DNA of 64,000 bases from Chlamydiia bacterium (GCA_963804085.1 CAWDOQ010000019.1:224001-288000); one strand, 5' to 3'. Positions 40,568 to 52,284 are shown, counted from the first letter of the stretch. Program-made: numbers and translations. The notes: generated by a model not told the origin, from the letters alone.

Positions 40568-41491
40568 TCACGACTGATTCTCAATCTTATCTTTTTTTGC
40601 ATTGCCGGGTGGCTTTTGGTCCAAGCCCATAGTCAATGCTGTCATCCCGGCAAGACCTCCCAGTTGCATCGTCTCAATGGCCGAGCTAGGGACAATGACG
40701 ATAGTAGAGTTCTCTTTTAATCCCTCGTATAGCATGTTCATTGCCCTTAAATGCAAGGCAACGGGATTGTTGATATAGGTCTTTGCCGCTTCGCCAAATT
40801 TTTCTGCCACTTGCCTTTCTGAGTCTCCGAGAATGACTCGAGCTTGGCGTTCTCTTTCCGCCTGTGCTTGCATTGACATGGCATCTTCCAAAGCAGGTGG
40901 AATCAAGACATCTTTCACTTCAACCGAAATCACATTGATTCCCCAGGGCTCTGTCCGCTCATCGATAATTATTTGCAGCTCATTGCTAATTTTATTTCTT
41001 CCTTCAAGCATGTCAGAAAGCATCGTCTTGCCAATCACATCGCGTAGAGCCGTTTGCGATGCCCAGCCAATAGCACTTTCGTAATCAGCTACTTCCAGTG
41101 CGGCCTTTTTAGGATCAATCACTTTCCAAAAGAGGACTGCATCGACATCAACAGGCACGGTATCTTTGGTCAGAGTTTTTTCCGCTTTGAACGAAGTTGC
41201 AATGACCCGAATGTCGATCCAGAAAGGAACCGTATCGATAACCGGAATAATAAAAAATAATCCCGGCCCCCTCAAGGAATGAAAATGGCCCAGTCGTAAA
41301 ACGATGGCTCTATCCCACTGATTTGCGATTTTAATGGAGGCTGAAATGACGTAGGCGATGAACAAGGTCCCGCCCAAAATATAGAGGCTTTTATAGCTCT
41401 CGGGACCTGTATTTAGAGTATATGCTAGCGCCGCCCCGATCGACATTATTACGAAAAATATTAATAGAGAGAACGAGTTTTTATTTTTCAT
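40568..41491 (-). CDS. SPFH/stomatin (slipin) family protein
   Basis: QWDRAIVLRLG, LTKDTVPVDVDAV, QAQAERERQAR. Confidence 0.92.
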   Translation of the reverse strand: MKNKNSFSLLIFFVIMSIGAALAYTLNTGPESYKSLYILGGTLFIAYVISASIKIANQWDRAIVLRLGHFHSLRGPGLFFIIPVIDTVPFWIDIRVIATSFKAEKTLTKDTVPVDVDAVLFWKVIDPKKAALEVADYESAIGWASQTALRDVIGKTMLSDMLEGRNKISNELQIIIDERTEPWGINVISVEVKDVLIPPALEDAMSMQAQAERERQARVILGDSERQVAEKFGEAAKTYINNPVALHLRAMNMLYEGLKENSTIVIVPSSAIETMQLGGLAGMTALTMGLDQKPPGNAKKDKIENQS

Positions 41492-43985
41492 CTTGATTTC
41501 CTTTGTTTTTTTCTTTTCGAATCTCTTTTTCTGCCTGCTTCCAGTCCTCATCGGTCTTAGATTTCTTAAGAGGATCAAAAATCCGATAGGCGAGCCATTT
41601 CACCTGGTCATTTATGAGGAACCATGCAATTGCATAGGCCCAAACAAAACCAGCCCATTTCCAGCCGAGAGGTGTCATAAGGAGCCCATAAACTGCAATC
41701 AAAGTTGCTAGTATTTGCGTGCCCAGCACTGCTCCCCATAAAATGTTTGCAGGTCGGATGGTCCAGAATGGACCTCGCGTACGAGTCAAAAAGATCGTCA
41801 GGTGCCCTGCCACGGACAACTTTAAATACATCAGTGTTTGGATATGCGGACGGTCGAGATGAAAGACACGCTCGCCAAGATAAAACAAGCCGAAGGCGGA
41901 CACGACACCGATTAGTCCGAGGGCCGTCGCAACCCCAAGCACCATTCGCATATTCCAGCCTTCGGGATGATCCTTGTAATGAACGTTATCATACGCAATG
42001 GATAGAATGGCCCCGTCGTTAAGCAATGCCAGCATCACAATCATCACCGCCGTCAATGGATAAAAGTTAAAGATTAGAATGGCCGCGTCATGAAAGAGCA
42101 GCACGCGCAGCGTCTCGGCGATGCGGTAGATCGCATAGCTATTCATCCGTTGAAAGATTCGCCGACTCTCCTTGATCGCATCGATAATCACAGAGAGGCC
42201 GGGCTTTAGCAGCGCAATGGCCGCTGCCGCGCGCGCCGCGTCCGTTGCGCTTGAAACGGCGATACCGCAGTCGGCTTTTTTCAGCGCAGGAGCGTCATTC
42301 ACCCCGTCGCCCGTCATGCCGACGATGTGGCCCCGTTTTTGCAGGACATCTACAATGTGGAATTTGTGTTCGGGAAACACCTGGGCAAAACCATCCGCCT
42401 TTTCAATCGACTCGGCAACCTGTGCCGTTTCTTCCTTCTTTACATCTCCAAGGCCGGTGGCATCGAGGATGTTTGTGCCCATCCCTAATTTTTTAGCAGT
42501 CTCTTTGGCAATGGCGAGTTGATCTCCCGTAACCATTTTGATCTTCACGCCCATTTGTTCTGCGGTCGCAATGGTTGCCTTGGCGTCTTCTCTTGGCGGA
42601 TCGAAGAGGGGAAGCACACCGAGGAATTGCCACCCGCCATTTCCTTCTGTCCGCGCTACGCCGAGCGAACGAAAACCACGCGCTGCAAATTCGTTAACGG
42701 CTTTTTCAACTGCTGCCTTCACTTGGGCTGCATTAGCCGACAAGGCCAAAATCACTTGCGGCGCTCCTTTTGTCACCTTGAACTCTTTTCCGCCTTGGTC
42801 TTTGATAGTGGCTTCCGTGCGTTTATGCACCGCATCAAACGGCTGGAAATGAACCATTTGATAACCCTTCAATGCATCTTTATTTTTTAAGCCACCCAAA
42901 ACGGCAAGATCAATGGTATCGTTATTTTCCGCGCGCGATGCAAGAGCGGCATAGAGAATCACCTGCTCGGCGGGGATGTTATTCACGCTGAACGGATCGC
43001 CGAGTGTTAGCTTGTTCTGGGTCAAAGTGCCGGTCTTGTCCGCACACAGGATGTCTACGCCTGCCAACTCCTCGATAGCCACGAGCCGGCTTACTATCGC
43101 TTGTTTTTTAGCGAGCAAACGAGCGCCGACCGCCATCGTTACCGACAAGACCGTTGGCATCGCCACCGGAATCGAGGCCACGGTCAAAACTAAGGCGAAC
43201 TGCAGCGTGGTAAGGATCGGATCGCCTCGGAAGATTGCAACGGCAATAATGCCCGCAACCAAAACGGCTGCGAGAATGATCAGGTAATTGCCGATCTTCA
43301 AAACGGCCTTTTGAAAATGGCTGACGGTATGTGCCTCTTCCACCAGCTCTGCCGTCTTGCCAAAGTAGGTGTTCATGCCAGTCCCATAGACTAGTGCACC
43401 GATTTCGCCCTGGCGGACAATCGACCCCGAAAACACGGCCTCGCCGGATTTCTTCTCTACGGGCAATGATTCTCCCGTCAAAGCAGACTGATCGACCTCT
43501 ACCGGATCGCCCTCCATTAGCCTTGCATCTGCAGGTACAATATCGCCCGAGCGCAATCGGATGACGTCTCCCGGGACCAGCTCGCGTGCAGGCGGCGTAC
43601 CCCACTTTCCATCGCGTATCACTCGAGCCTTAACCGCAAGTTGGGCTTTCAAGGCAGCAATGGCGTTGGCTGCTTTATGCTCTTCCCAGAATCCGACAAC
43701 GGCATTGGCAAGAAGTAAAAGAAGAATGATAAAAAAATCTGGCCAGTGGCGAACCACGCCGGACAAGATCACCGCTATTTCAATCATCCAGGGAATGGGA
43801 CCCCAAAAATAGCTGAGGAATTTTAAAAACAGATTCGTTTTCTTTTCTTCGATCTCGTTAGGCCCATATTGAATCAGCCGTTTTGCCGCCTCAGCCTCGC
43901 TAAGTCCACCCTCCGCAAATCCTAATTTTTTCTTCACCTCTTCCAGAGGAAGAGATTTTAGATCTTCGTTCGCATCAGGTTTCAT
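41481..43985 (-). CDS. Plasma-membrane proton-efflux P-type ATPase (type IIIA)
   Basis: [47 protein letters not shown]. Confidence 0.92.
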   Translation of the reverse strand: MKPDANEDLKSLPLEEVKKKLGFAEGGLSEAEAAKRLIQYGPNEIEEKKTNLFLKFLSYFWGPIPWMIEIAVILSGVVRHWPDFFIILLLLLANAVVGFWEEHKAANAIAALKAQLAVKARVIRDGKWGTPPARELVPGDVIRLRSGDIVPADARLMEGDPVEVDQSALTGESLPVEKKSGEAVFSGSIVRQGEIGALVYGTGMNTYFGKTAELVEEAHTVSHFQKAVLKIGNYLIILAAVLVAGIIAVAIFRGDPILTTLQFALVLTVASIPVAMPTVLSVTMAVGARLLAKKQAIVSRLVAIEELAGVDILCADKTGTLTQNKLTLGDPFSVNNIPAEQVILYAALASRAENNDTIDLAVLGGLKNKDALKGYQMVHFQPFDAVHKRTEATIKDQGGKEFKVTKGAPQVILALSANAAQVKAAVEKAVNEFAARGFRSLGVARTEGNGGWQFLGVLPLFDPPREDAKATIATAEQMGVKIKMVTGDQLAIAKETAKKLGMGTNILDATGLGDVKKEETAQVAESIEKADGFAQVFPEHKFHIVDVLQKRGHIVGMTGDGVNDAPALKKADCGIAVSSATDAARAAAAIALLKPGLSVIIDAIKESRRIFQRMNSYAIYRIAETLRVLLFHDAAILIFNFYPLTAVMIVMLALLNDGAILSIAYDNVHYKDHPEGWNMRMVLGVATALGLIGVVSAFGLFYLGERVFHLDRPHIQTLMYLKLSVAGHLTIFLTRTRGPFWTIRPANILWGAVLGTQILATLIAVYGLLMTPLGWKWAGFVWAYAIAWFLINDQVKWLAYRIFDPLKKSKTDEDWKQAEKEIRKEKNKGNQDEK

Positions 43986-46347
43986 TAATGCCCCATTTCC
44001 AATTTCGGATTTCGGGCATGTCTTCACCGTGTTTGTCGATGTAGCATTTGTGTTCGATGAGCTTGTCCTGCATCATCTGCTTGAGATAGGCCCCCTTGCC
44101 ACCTAACTGCGGCAAGCGATCAATCACATCTTGCACCAGATGAAAGCGGTCGATGTCGTTCTGCACCCGTATGTCAAAGGTTGTCGTGATTGTGCCCTCT
44201 TCCTTGTAGCCGCGGACGTGTAGGTTGCGGTTAGCGCGGCGGTAGGTCAGCTGGTGGATCAGCCATGGATATCCATGGAAGCCGAAGATGATGTGCTTGT
44301 CTGTTGTGAAAAGAGAATCGTAATCCTTGTCGGAGAGTCCGTGTGGGTGCTCGCTTTGGGATTGTATTTTCATCAGATCGACGACATTGACCACGCGGAT
44401 TTTTAAATCGGGGAGATGCTTGCGAAGGATGGAAACAGCTGCCAAGATCTCCAGCGTGGGCGTATCTCCGCAGCAGGCCATCACAACGTCTGGCTCCGCT
44501 TCCTGGTCATTGCTGGCCCATTGCCAGATGCCAACCCCTTCTGTGCAGTGCACAACTGCAGCGTCCATAGTCAGCCATTGAGGGAGAGGGTGTTTGCCTG
44601 CAACTACCACGTTGACGTAGTTCCGGCTGCGTAGGCAGTGGTCAAATACCGACAGGAGGCAGTTGGCATCGGGCGGCAGATAGACGCGCACAATGGTGGC
44701 CTTCTTGTTGATAACGTGGTCGAGAAAGCCGGGATCCTGGTGCGTGAAGCCGTTGTGATCCTGCTGCCAGACATGGGAGGCGAGCAGATAGTTTAACGAT
44801 GAGATCTTCCGGCGCCAGGGGAGTTCTAAGCACACCTTCAGCCACTTAGCGTGCTGGCTAAACATCGAATCGACGATGCGGATGAATGCCTCATAACTGT
44901 TGAACAATCCGTGCCGCCCGGTCAGCAGATATCCTTCCAACCATCCCTGGCACTGGTGCTCGCTGAGCATTGCATCCAGCACTTGTCCTGCGGGCGCAAG
45001 GAACTCATCATTTTGTGCTTCTCTTGCATCCCACTGGCGATTGGTGACTTCAAAGAGTGCGCCTAGAAGATTCGATAGCGTCTCATCCGGTCCAAAGATC
45101 CGAAAATTACGCTGATCCTGATTTAGTTTGGCTACGTCGCGTAAGAATTTGCCCAGCACGAGAGTATCTTGACCCATAACTGCACCGGGCGCCGGCACAG
45201 TTACTGCGTGTTTATGAAAGTCCGGCATTCGCAAATCACGTAGGAGCTGTCCGCCGTTGGCGTGAGGATTTGCGCCCATCCGCCGGTTACCTTTGGGGGC
45301 GAGCTCAGCCAATTCAGGTATTAGCTTCCCATTCTTATCAAAGAGCTCTTCTGCTTTGTAGCTCTTCATCCAGCTTTCAAGTTGCTGGACATGCTCGGGA
45401 TGCTCAGAGTTCACTAGAATCGGCACCTGGTGCGATCGAAATGTGCCCTCAACTTGCAGACCATCCACAACTTTAGGCCCCGTCCAGCCTTTAGGCGATC
45501 TCAGGACGATCATGGGCCATCGGCGCCTTGTGGTGTCACTATTGCTACGGGCATTGTTTTGGATTTGCCGAATGTCTTCGATTGCTTTTTCTACAGAATC
45601 CGCCATGAGTTGATGCATCGCCTTCGGCTCGCTGCCTTCTACAAAATAGGGGGTCCAGCCGCAGCCTCGTAAAAATTGCTCCAACTCCTCATGCTCGATG
45701 CGGGCCAGGACAGTCGGATTGCTAATTTTGAATCCATTCAGGTGGAGGATCGGCAGCACAGCTCCATCAGTAATTGGATTGAGAAACTTGTTAGAATGCC
45801 ATGCTGTTGCCAAGGGACCTGTTTCCGCTTCTCCATCGCCGATGACACAGGCGACAATCAGATCGGGATTGTCAAATGCGGCTCCGAAGGCATGGCTGAG
45901 CGAATAGCCCAGCTCGCCCCCTTCATGAATCGACCCGGGAGTCGTCGGGGCAACATGGCTGGAAATTCCACCCGGAAACGAGAACTGCTTGAACAGCTTT
46001 TGCATCCCGACTTCGTCTTGGCTGATATCCGGATAGATCTCACTATAGGAGCCTTCAAGATAAGTATTTGCCACAAGAGCCGGACCGCCGTGGCCTGGAC
46101 CTGCGATGTAGAACATATTCAGATCAAATTTCTTGATCACCCGGTTCAAATGCACATAGATGAAGTTCTGGCCGGGCGTTGTGCCCCAATGTCCGACCAC
46201 AAGCGGCTTCACATCAGACAGTAAGAGCCGCCGTTTTAGCAGTGGATTGTTATAGAGATAGATCTGGCCGACAGAGAGATAGTTAGCAGCCCGCCAGTAG
46301 GCATCCATTTTATGGAGCAGTTCGGGAGAAAGAATATCTGTTTTCAA
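43975..46347 (-). CDS. xfp: Phosphoketolase (XFP family)
   Basis: [41 protein letters not shown]. Confidence 0.95.
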   Translation of the reverse strand: MKTDILSPELLHKMDAYWRAANYLSVGQIYLYNNPLLKRRLLLSDVKPLVVGHWGTTPGQNFIYVHLNRVIKKFDLNMFYIAGPGHGGPALVANTYLEGSYSEIYPDISQDEVGMQKLFKQFSFPGGISSHVAPTTPGSIHEGGELGYSLSHAFGAAFDNPDLIVACVIGDGEAETGPLATAWHSNKFLNPITDGAVLPILHLNGFKISNPTVLARIEHEELEQFLRGCGWTPYFVEGSEPKAMHQLMADSVEKAIEDIRQIQNNARSNSDTTRRRWPMIVLRSPKGWTGPKVVDGLQVEGTFRSHQVPILVNSEHPEHVQQLESWMKSYKAEELFDKNGKLIPELAELAPKGNRRMGANPHANGGQLLRDLRMPDFHKHAVTVPAPGAVMGQDTLVLGKFLRDVAKLNQDQRNFRIFGPDETLSNLLGALFEVTNRQWDAREAQNDEFLAPAGQVLDAMLSEHQCQGWLEGYLLTGRHGLFNSYEAFIRIVDSMFSQHAKWLKVCLELPWRRKISSLNYLLASHVWQQDHNGFTHQDPGFLDHVINKKATIVRVYLPPDANCLLSVFDHCLRSRNYVNVVVAGKHPLPQWLTMDAAVVHCTEGVGIWQWASNDQEAEPDVVMACCGDTPTLEILAAVSILRKHLPDLKIRVVNVVDLMKIQSQSEHPHGLSDKDYDSLFTTDKHIIFGFHGYPWLIHQLTYRRANRNLHVRGYKEEGTITTTFDIRVQNDIDRFHLVQDVIDRLPQLGGKGAYLKQMMQDKLIEHKCYIDKHGEDMPEIRNWKWGINET

Positions 46348-47573
46348 GGCACTACTCCTTTGTTCGCGGTCTCAAGAACGCGAGAGACCGTTTTGGCTAT
46401 CATCCACTCCTCGTCCGTGCGAATGACGCGAACCTCAACTCGGCTCCTGCCAGAAGAGATAACACCCTTATTTGCACTGTTTTGCTCTTCTTCGATTTCG
46501 ATTCCAAGAAATTCCAGCTCTTTGCAAATTCTAGCTCGAACAATAGGCGCATTCTCTCCAATGCCGCCTGAGAAGACTAGCGTATCCAGGCCACCCAAAG
46601 CCGCTGCAAATGATCCAATCCACTTTTTAACTTGGTAACAGAAGAGCGCAATCGCTTCAGCTGCTCGAAAATCTTGCGCTTCGGCTTTCAGCAAGTCCTG
46701 CATGTCGGAACTGGTCTCCGATATGCCGAGCAGTCCAGACTCGGAATTGACCATCTCATTGAAACGTTTTGCATCGAAGCCATGGGTGCGCGCCAGATAC
46801 CAGACAAGACCTGGATCGAGATCGCCGGAACGGGTGCTCATTGGAATGCCGGCTGTCGGAGTAAAACTCATGCTTGTATCTATCGACTTACCCTCTCGCA
46901 CGGCTGCAAGACTTGCGCCATTGCCCAGGTGGGCAAGAATGACCCGGCCATGCGCCGCTTCCAATCCTGCAAGACGGCCTAATTCTTTAATTAAATACTC
47001 ATACGACAACCCGTGAAATCCATACCTCCGTACCCCTTCTGCTTCAAAACGGCGCGGGATCGGCAACATTTTTGCCACCCGAGGCAGGTCATGATGAAAA
47101 GCCGTATCGAAACACGCAAATTGGGGTAGATCAGGAAACCTACGATGAAACGCCTCAATGAGCAGGATCTCCTCAGGCATATGTTCAGGATCAAAAGACT
47201 CGAGGCGGTGCAGCTCTTCAATCAATTTTGCAGTAATGCGTTCCGGTTTCCAATACTTCGGACCGCCATGCACCAGGCGATGCCCTACTGCAGTCAATGC
47301 ATTATGATGCGTGCGCTGCTCGATCCAATCCATTAGCGAGCTCACAGCTTCTGTATGATCCGTAGCCTTTATCCGTCGGGTGAAGTTGTCTTGAGGATCT
47401 TTGCCTTTTACCCGCAAAGCAGCGTCAGGCAACCCAATGCGCTCGATGGCACCCTCCAAAATCCGTTGAAATGAGTCAGCAGATTCGAACAGCGCGAACT
47501 TGATGCTTGATGAACCCCCATTGATCGTCAGAATACGTGGGCTAGATTGTTTAATGGATTGTCCTTTTCTCAT
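46344..47573 (-). CDS. ackA: Acetate kinase
   Basis: [47 protein letters not shown]. Confidence 0.93.
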   Translation of the reverse strand: MRKGQSIKQSSPRILTINGGSSSIKFALFESADSFQRILEGAIERIGLPDAALRVKGKDPQDNFTRRIKATDHTEAVSSLMDWIEQRTHHNALTAVGHRLVHGGPKYWKPERITAKLIEELHRLESFDPEHMPEEILLIEAFHRRFPDLPQFACFDTAFHHDLPRVAKMLPIPRRFEAEGVRRYGFHGLSYEYLIKELGRLAGLEAAHGRVILAHLGNGASLAAVREGKSIDTSMSFTPTAGIPMSTRSGDLDPGLVWYLARTHGFDAKRFNEMVNSESGLLGISETSSDMQDLLKAEAQDFRAAEAIALFCYQVKKWIGSFAAALGGLDTLVFSGGIGENAPIVRARICKELEFLGIEIEEEQNSANKGVISSGRSRVEVRVIRTDEEWMIAKTVSRVLETANKGVVP

Positions 47574-47741
47574 CGTTTTTTTGTAATTCTACGCTAGCGA
47601 TAATGAACCTTCTCCAATTGCTGTATCTAAAAAGACAAATAAAAGATCAATAAGATAAGGAGGCGTCCCTCCAACTTGCAATTTATTCGGAAAGACGGTA
47701 GCTGTAAAAGTATGGTTCTCAATTCCAAAACGGTTACTAAC

Positions 47742-48920
47742 ATGCGCTTTACTCTAAAAGCAATTTTGCTGCTTGCTCTTTTTGGCTTCACGATAAAAGG
47801 GGAGTGTGATCCTAAACATGTCGTGGAGGAGATCTTGGCTCAAGCAGATGTCAAGATCAATGGCGACCGCCCCTGGGATATCCAAGTCAATGATGAGCGC
47901 TTTTACAACAGAATTTTAAAAGAAGGCTCGCTTGGATTGGGCGAATCCTACATGGATGAGTGGTGGGATTGCGAAGCGCTAGACGAGTGCATCTTTCACA
48001 TTCTGCGCGCAGATCTTGAAAAGAAGATAAGACCCTCGTGGGAAGCGCGTTGGGACATTTTGAAAGCCAAGCTTTTCAATATGCAAGCGAGAGGCAATCG
48101 GAGCTCTAAAGTTATCGATGAGCATTACGAGCTGGGAGATGACTTCTACGAGTATATGCTGGGGGATACTTTAGCCTACACTTGCGCCTATTGGAAAAAC
48201 GCTAAGACGGTCGACGAAGCTCAAAGAGCAAAGTTTGACCTGATCGCCAAGAAAATGGGATTAAAACCCGGCATGACCGTCCTCGATATCGGCTGCGGAT
48301 GGGGTGGGTTTGCCAAGCATGTGGCCGAGAAGTATAAAGTGAGTGTCGTAGCGGTCAACCTCTCAGAAAAACAAGTCGCTTACGCAAGAAAACAGTGTGC
48401 AGGCCTTCCCGTAGATGTCCGCGTCCAAGATTATCGCGATGTGGAAGGCACATTTGATCGCATCATCTCGATTGGACTTATGGAACACGTAGGAGTTAAG
48501 AATTACAGGGGCTTTATGCAGCTTGTGAACCGCTGTTTAAAGGATGATGGGTTAGCTCTGATTCATACCATCGGAAGAGATACCTCAGCGATGACTTTAG
48601 ATCCCTGGATTAACCGGTATATCTTCCCCAACGGCCAGCTTCCTTCGATTCCGCAACTCAGCCGAGCGATGGAAGGATTATTTGTAGTCGAGGATTGGCA
48701 TAATTTAAGCGTCAACTACGATGCCACGTTAATGGCCTGGTTTCACAACTTTGACATGCATTGGGACAAGATCAAGTCTGCCTATCCAGAGCCTTTCTAC
48801 AGAATGTGGAAATACTATCTGCTCTCCTGTGCCGGCGGCTTCCGCTCAAGAACCATGCAGCTTTGGCAAATCGTCCTCTCGAAACAGGGAGTTCTCGATG
48901 GTTATAACTCCATCCGCTGA
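47742..48920 (+). CDS. Cfa-family fatty-acyl methyltransferase (TmsB/TmpB candidate)
   Basis: GLGESYMD.WW, HYELG, YTCAYW, LDIGCGWG, EHVG, YIFP.G, RMW.YYL. Confidence 0.88.
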   Translation: MRFTLKAILLLALFGFTIKGECDPKHVVEEILAQADVKINGDRPWDIQVNDERFYNRILKEGSLGLGESYMDEWWDCEALDECIFHILRADLEKKIRPSWEARWDILKAKLFNMQARGNRSSKVIDEHYELGDDFYEYMLGDTLAYTCAYWKNAKTVDEAQRAKFDLIAKKMGLKPGMTVLDIGCGWGGFAKHVAEKYKVSVVAVNLSEKQVAYARKQCAGLPVDVRVQDYRDVEGTFDRIISIGLMEHVGVKNYRGFMQLVNRCLKDDGLALIHTIGRDTSAMTLDPWINRYIFPNGQLPSIPQLSRAMEGLFVVEDWHNLSVNYDATLMAWFHNFDMHWDKIKSAYPEPFYRMWKYYLLSCAGGFRSRTMQLWQIVLSKQGVLDGYNSIR

Positions 48921-50268
48921 TTACGAAAAAAAGAAGCAGATGCTCCTCCAAGAATTTGGGAAGCATATAAGCTCGGCCTCATTATCAAAAAATCCCATCT
49001 CACTCAAAAAACAGTCATCGAATTTATTCCGCAATCGCAAACAAAAAGAGACGAAAAAACTCGATGTGCGTCAGCTCAATCAAGTGATTAGCATCGACCC
49101 CGAAAACAGGATCGCAGAAGTCGAAGCGATGATCACTTTCGAGGAGCTTGTCGATGCCACGTTAAAGCACAACCTGCTTCCGGCAGTAGTTCCCGAGCTT
49201 AAAACCATCACTGTTGGAGGCGCGCTAGTGGGCCTCGGCATAGAATCCTCCTCCTTTCGCTACGGCCTCGTACACGAAACCATCCTCGAAATTGAAGTCT
49301 TGGCAGGGGATGGCAACGTCTACACTTGCCGCCCCGATAATGAGCATCGCGATCTCTTCTTTGCCTTCCCCAACTCTTACGGAACGCTCGGGTATGCGTT
49401 AAAAGTAAAACTCAAACTGATCCCCGCAAAAAAATACGTTAAACTCACCAATCTACGCTTTTCCGATGTAAGCAGCTACTTCGACACCCTCCATACACTC
49501 TGCACCCACAAACGCACCGAAAAAACAGACTCCTACATCGACGGCGTCATTTTTAACGAAAACGAGATGTACATCATCATCGGAGATTTTGTAGATGAAG
49601 TGCCGGACGTCAGCAACTACACCTACATGAGCGCCTACTACAAGTCGATCCCCAAAAAGGAGATCCAGTACCTAACCGCCTACGATTACATCTGGAGGTG
49701 GGATGCAGACTGGTTTTGGTGCTCCAAGCATTTCGGCATGCAGCAGCCCCTCCTTCGCCTACTATTCGGAAAGTTTATGCTCCGCTCGCGCGTCTATTGG
49801 AAGATCAAGCACCTAATGGCGACCAACCCCTTTCTAAAACTGGCCACCCGAATATTAGAAAAACCCTCTGAATCGGTGATCCAAGATATACTTATTCCCA
49901 TCCATAAAGCCTCCGAATTTTTGAGCTTTTTTCACAAAGATATAGGCATCACTCCCATCTGGATCTGCCCTTTTCAGTCCTATCAACCAGATAGTGAGTA
50001 TCCCCTTTGCAAACTCGACCCCAAACAGCTCTACGTCGACTTCGGATTTTGGGACATCGTCCCCACACACCTCCCCAAAGGCACCCTCAATCGAGCCATC
50101 GAGCAGAAGACCCAAGAGCTAGGCGGCTTTAAAAGCCTCTACTCCGACTCCTACTACACCGAGCAGGAGTTTTGGCAGATCTACTCCAAAGAGACCTTCT
50201 CCCAACTCAAGCGCAAATACGACCCCCGCGCCATCTTCAAAGACCTCTACCAAAAATGTGTTAAGTAA
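48898..50268 (+). CDS. FAD-binding oxidoreductase (TmsA/BfaA-like, DHCR24-related)
   Basis: K..SNLFR, VVPELKTITVGG...GLGIESSSFRYGL.HE, FPNSYGTLGY, DY.WRWD.DWFWCS, KSLYSDSYY, KYDP...DLY.KCV. Confidence 0.85.
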   Translation: MVITPSADYEKKKQMLLQEFGKHISSASLSKNPISLKKQSSNLFRNRKQKETKKLDVRQLNQVISIDPENRIAEVEAMITFEELVDATLKHNLLPAVVPELKTITVGGALVGLGIESSSFRYGLVHETILEIEVLAGDGNVYTCRPDNEHRDLFFAFPNSYGTLGYALKVKLKLIPAKKYVKLTNLRFSDVSSYFDTLHTLCTHKRTEKTDSYIDGVIFNENEMYIIIGDFVDEVPDVSNYTYMSAYYKSIPKKEIQYLTAYDYIWRWDADWFWCSKHFGMQQPLLRLLFGKFMLRSRVYWKIKHLMATNPFLKLATRILEKPSESVIQDILIPIHKASEFLSFFHKDIGITPIWICPFQSYQPDSEYPLCKLDPKQLYVDFGFWDIVPTHLPKGTLNRAIEQKTQELGGFKSLYSDSYYTEQEFWQIYSKETFSQLKRKYDPRAIFKDLYQKCVK

Positions 50269-50371
50269 CCCCTCCCGCTTCTAAGCTGGAGATGTCGTAT
50301 GTGTGCAGAATTAGAAAAAATGGTTCAATAATGGCATTGAATAAAATGAAAGAGGAACATACACTTAAAAC

Positions 50372-50437
50372 ATAAGTGGGTTGAGACTACTCGGCCGGCG
50401 CTAAGCCTCAGGGACTACCTTGGGGTTTTTCGCTTTT
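50372..50437 (-). ncRNA. Candidate DUF3800-associated structured RNA overlapping the gene's stop codon
   Basis: - strand AAAAGCGAAAAACCCCAAGGUAGUCCCUGAGGCUUAGCGCCGGCCGAGUAGUCUCAACCCACUUAU: two short hairpins, both with UAGU loops, in a GC-rich patch. Confidence 0.45.
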
Positions 50438-51193
50438 TAGGGGATATAAACTGATACCATGGCCTGCTATTTCCCCCTTATCATTCTTGAATAGCTTTTT
50501 CTCCAGAATCTTGTAGGCGCGATTGGGTTGATTAGGGCGAATGGTGGAAAGACCTATAGGCCTTGCTGCTAAATCTGCAAATTGCAATCCCTCGGAGTTA
50601 ACCTTTTTATCCGCGATGATCAACTCGAAAGGGAGAGAACGCCGCAGAGAGTTGTGCCCTGAACATACGCGAAGAAATTCCAATTCTAACGCAAGGTCTT
50701 CTGTTCGCCCTCTAGCTTCGCATACGATATGAGTAGTGCGATCGTGTTGGTTCTTAGTTTGAAGAAAGCGATATAGCTTTTCCAATCCTAGCTGCATAGA
50801 CAAATGATAAACATGAGTGTCATGAAGATTTTCTGTTCTTAGCCTGTGTTTGTCTATGATTGAAGAAAATAGATGGAAATCAGAATTGCTGATTAAGCGA
50901 TTAAGAGACTCAAGAAAGGTTTCTCTCCGTTCCTTATTCATCAATCGAAAAGCTTTTGTCTTTCTCCGGATGTCCTGTTCATGCAGGATTACCATGTCGT
51001 GTCCAAATGTCTCAAATTTTAGCATTCGAAGAGCAGGTGAAACGTGCTCTGAATAATATGATTTTATAAATACACAAAAGCACAGGACAAATACGGGATA
51101 GGTCTCATCGATGGATGTCAATCCATGATCACCACTTTCATCTACATAAACAATGTAATCGCTATACGCTTCCAAAGTCTTGCAACTTGTCAC
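50408..51193 (-). CDS. DUF3800 domain protein (RNase H-like acidic motifs)
   Basis: VYVDESGD, YPVFVL, ILHE.DIR, CEARG..ED, GLQ.ADL.ARPIG. Confidence 0.85.
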   Translation of the reverse strand: MTSCKTLEAYSDYIVYVDESGDHGLTSIDETYPVFVLCFCVFIKSYYSEHVSPALRMLKFETFGHDMVILHEQDIRRKTKAFRLMNKERRETFLESLNRLISNSDFHLFSSIIDKHRLRTENLHDTHVYHLSMQLGLEKLYRFLQTKNQHDRTTHIVCEARGRTEDLALELEFLRVCSGHNSLRRSLPFELIIADKKVNSEGLQFADLAARPIGLSTIRPNQPNRAYKILEKKLFKNDKGEIAGHGISLYPLKSEKPQGSP

Positions 51194-51259
51194 AAAATTT
51201 CCTTAACGGCATTCAAGAAAATACTCAAGGCTAGAAATTTTTTCCAATCTTAAATCAAG

Positions 51260-51928
51260 GTGTGTGCGGCTTACTCATCAAAAGGAAAACATCCTGCTGT
51301 CATCTTATGTCACGCTTGGAAAGGCCGAGATGACTTTATTCATGAAAAAGCCAGACTGATTGCAGATAAGGGATACGTTGGTTTTGCCCTAGACATGTAC
51401 GGAAAGGGAGTTGTAGGGAAATCCAAAGAAGAAAATTCCGCATTAAAAAAGCCGTTTCTTGACGATCGGAAGTTATTGCAAAGACGGGTATTAAAAGCAT
51501 TTGAGGTCGCTTGCGAGCTCCCTTACGTAGATCCGAGCCGCATCGCTGTTCTGGGCTTTGGCTTTGGAGGTATGTGTGCGCTCGATCTTGCACGCACCGG
51601 AAAGAATTTGTTAGGCGCAATTAGTGTCTACGGTCATTTTGCACCACCTCCTGCTTCCCTCATCAAACCCATCAAAGCGAAAATCCTTGTTCTACATGGC
51701 TATGATGACCCCATTACCCCTCAAAGTGAACTGCTTGCTTTTGAAAAAGAGATGACCAAAGCCAAAGTCGATTGGCAAGCACACCTTTATGGAGGCACCC
51801 TGCACGCCTTCGCTACGCCAGATGCAAACGACGCTGCATCCGGAATACTCTATAACCCCATTGCGGCACAACGCGCCTGGCTTGCCATCGAAAACTTTCT
51901 AGATGAAATTTTCACAAGCGATTCTTAA
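51260..51928 (+). pseudogene. 5'-truncated duplicate of the dienelactone-hydrolase-family gene
   Basis: Near-identical to 54562-55228 (offset 3300) but lacks the first ~17 codons. Confidence 0.75.
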
Positions 51929-51936
51929 TGCGACAA

Positions 51937-52284
51937 TTAAGAAAATAAATCGTGGAAGTACACGATAAGAGAGATTACGACGAGACTCAAGATGGAACAG
52001 AGCAAGGGAAAGAAACAGAAGAAGAACATTTTTCCGTAGCGCTTTTCAACAGATCGAGCATAGATAAAATAAACACTGGCAGGCATAGAAAGAGGAATGG
52101 TAGACAATATGAGAATGCAAAAAAGGACGCCTCCAATAGGGATGTCTGCATCTGCAACAAAAGCCCCTAGAGGGGGAATAAATATCAACGCTGGAATAAA
52201 CAACAATAAATAGATCAAAGCAAACGCGTTTCCAAAAAAATTCGCTGTTCTTTGGGTCAAGTTCAAAGTCTCTTTGATAGCCAT
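51937..52284 (-). CDS. Small three-TM membrane protein
   Basis: 115 aa, three hydrophobic segments. Confidence 0.6.
   Translation of the reverse strand: MAIKETLNLTQRTANFFGNAFALIYLLLFIPALIFIPPLGAFVADADIPIGGVLFCILILSTIPLSMPASVYFIYARSVEKRYGKMFFFCFFPLLCSILSLVVISLIVYFHDLFS

Noticed and set aside
48898..50268. Sterol delta-24 reductase acting with the squalene synthase
   Set aside because: No epoxidase or cyclase nearby; overlap with a Cfa-like gene and the motif pattern fit TmsA/BfaA better.
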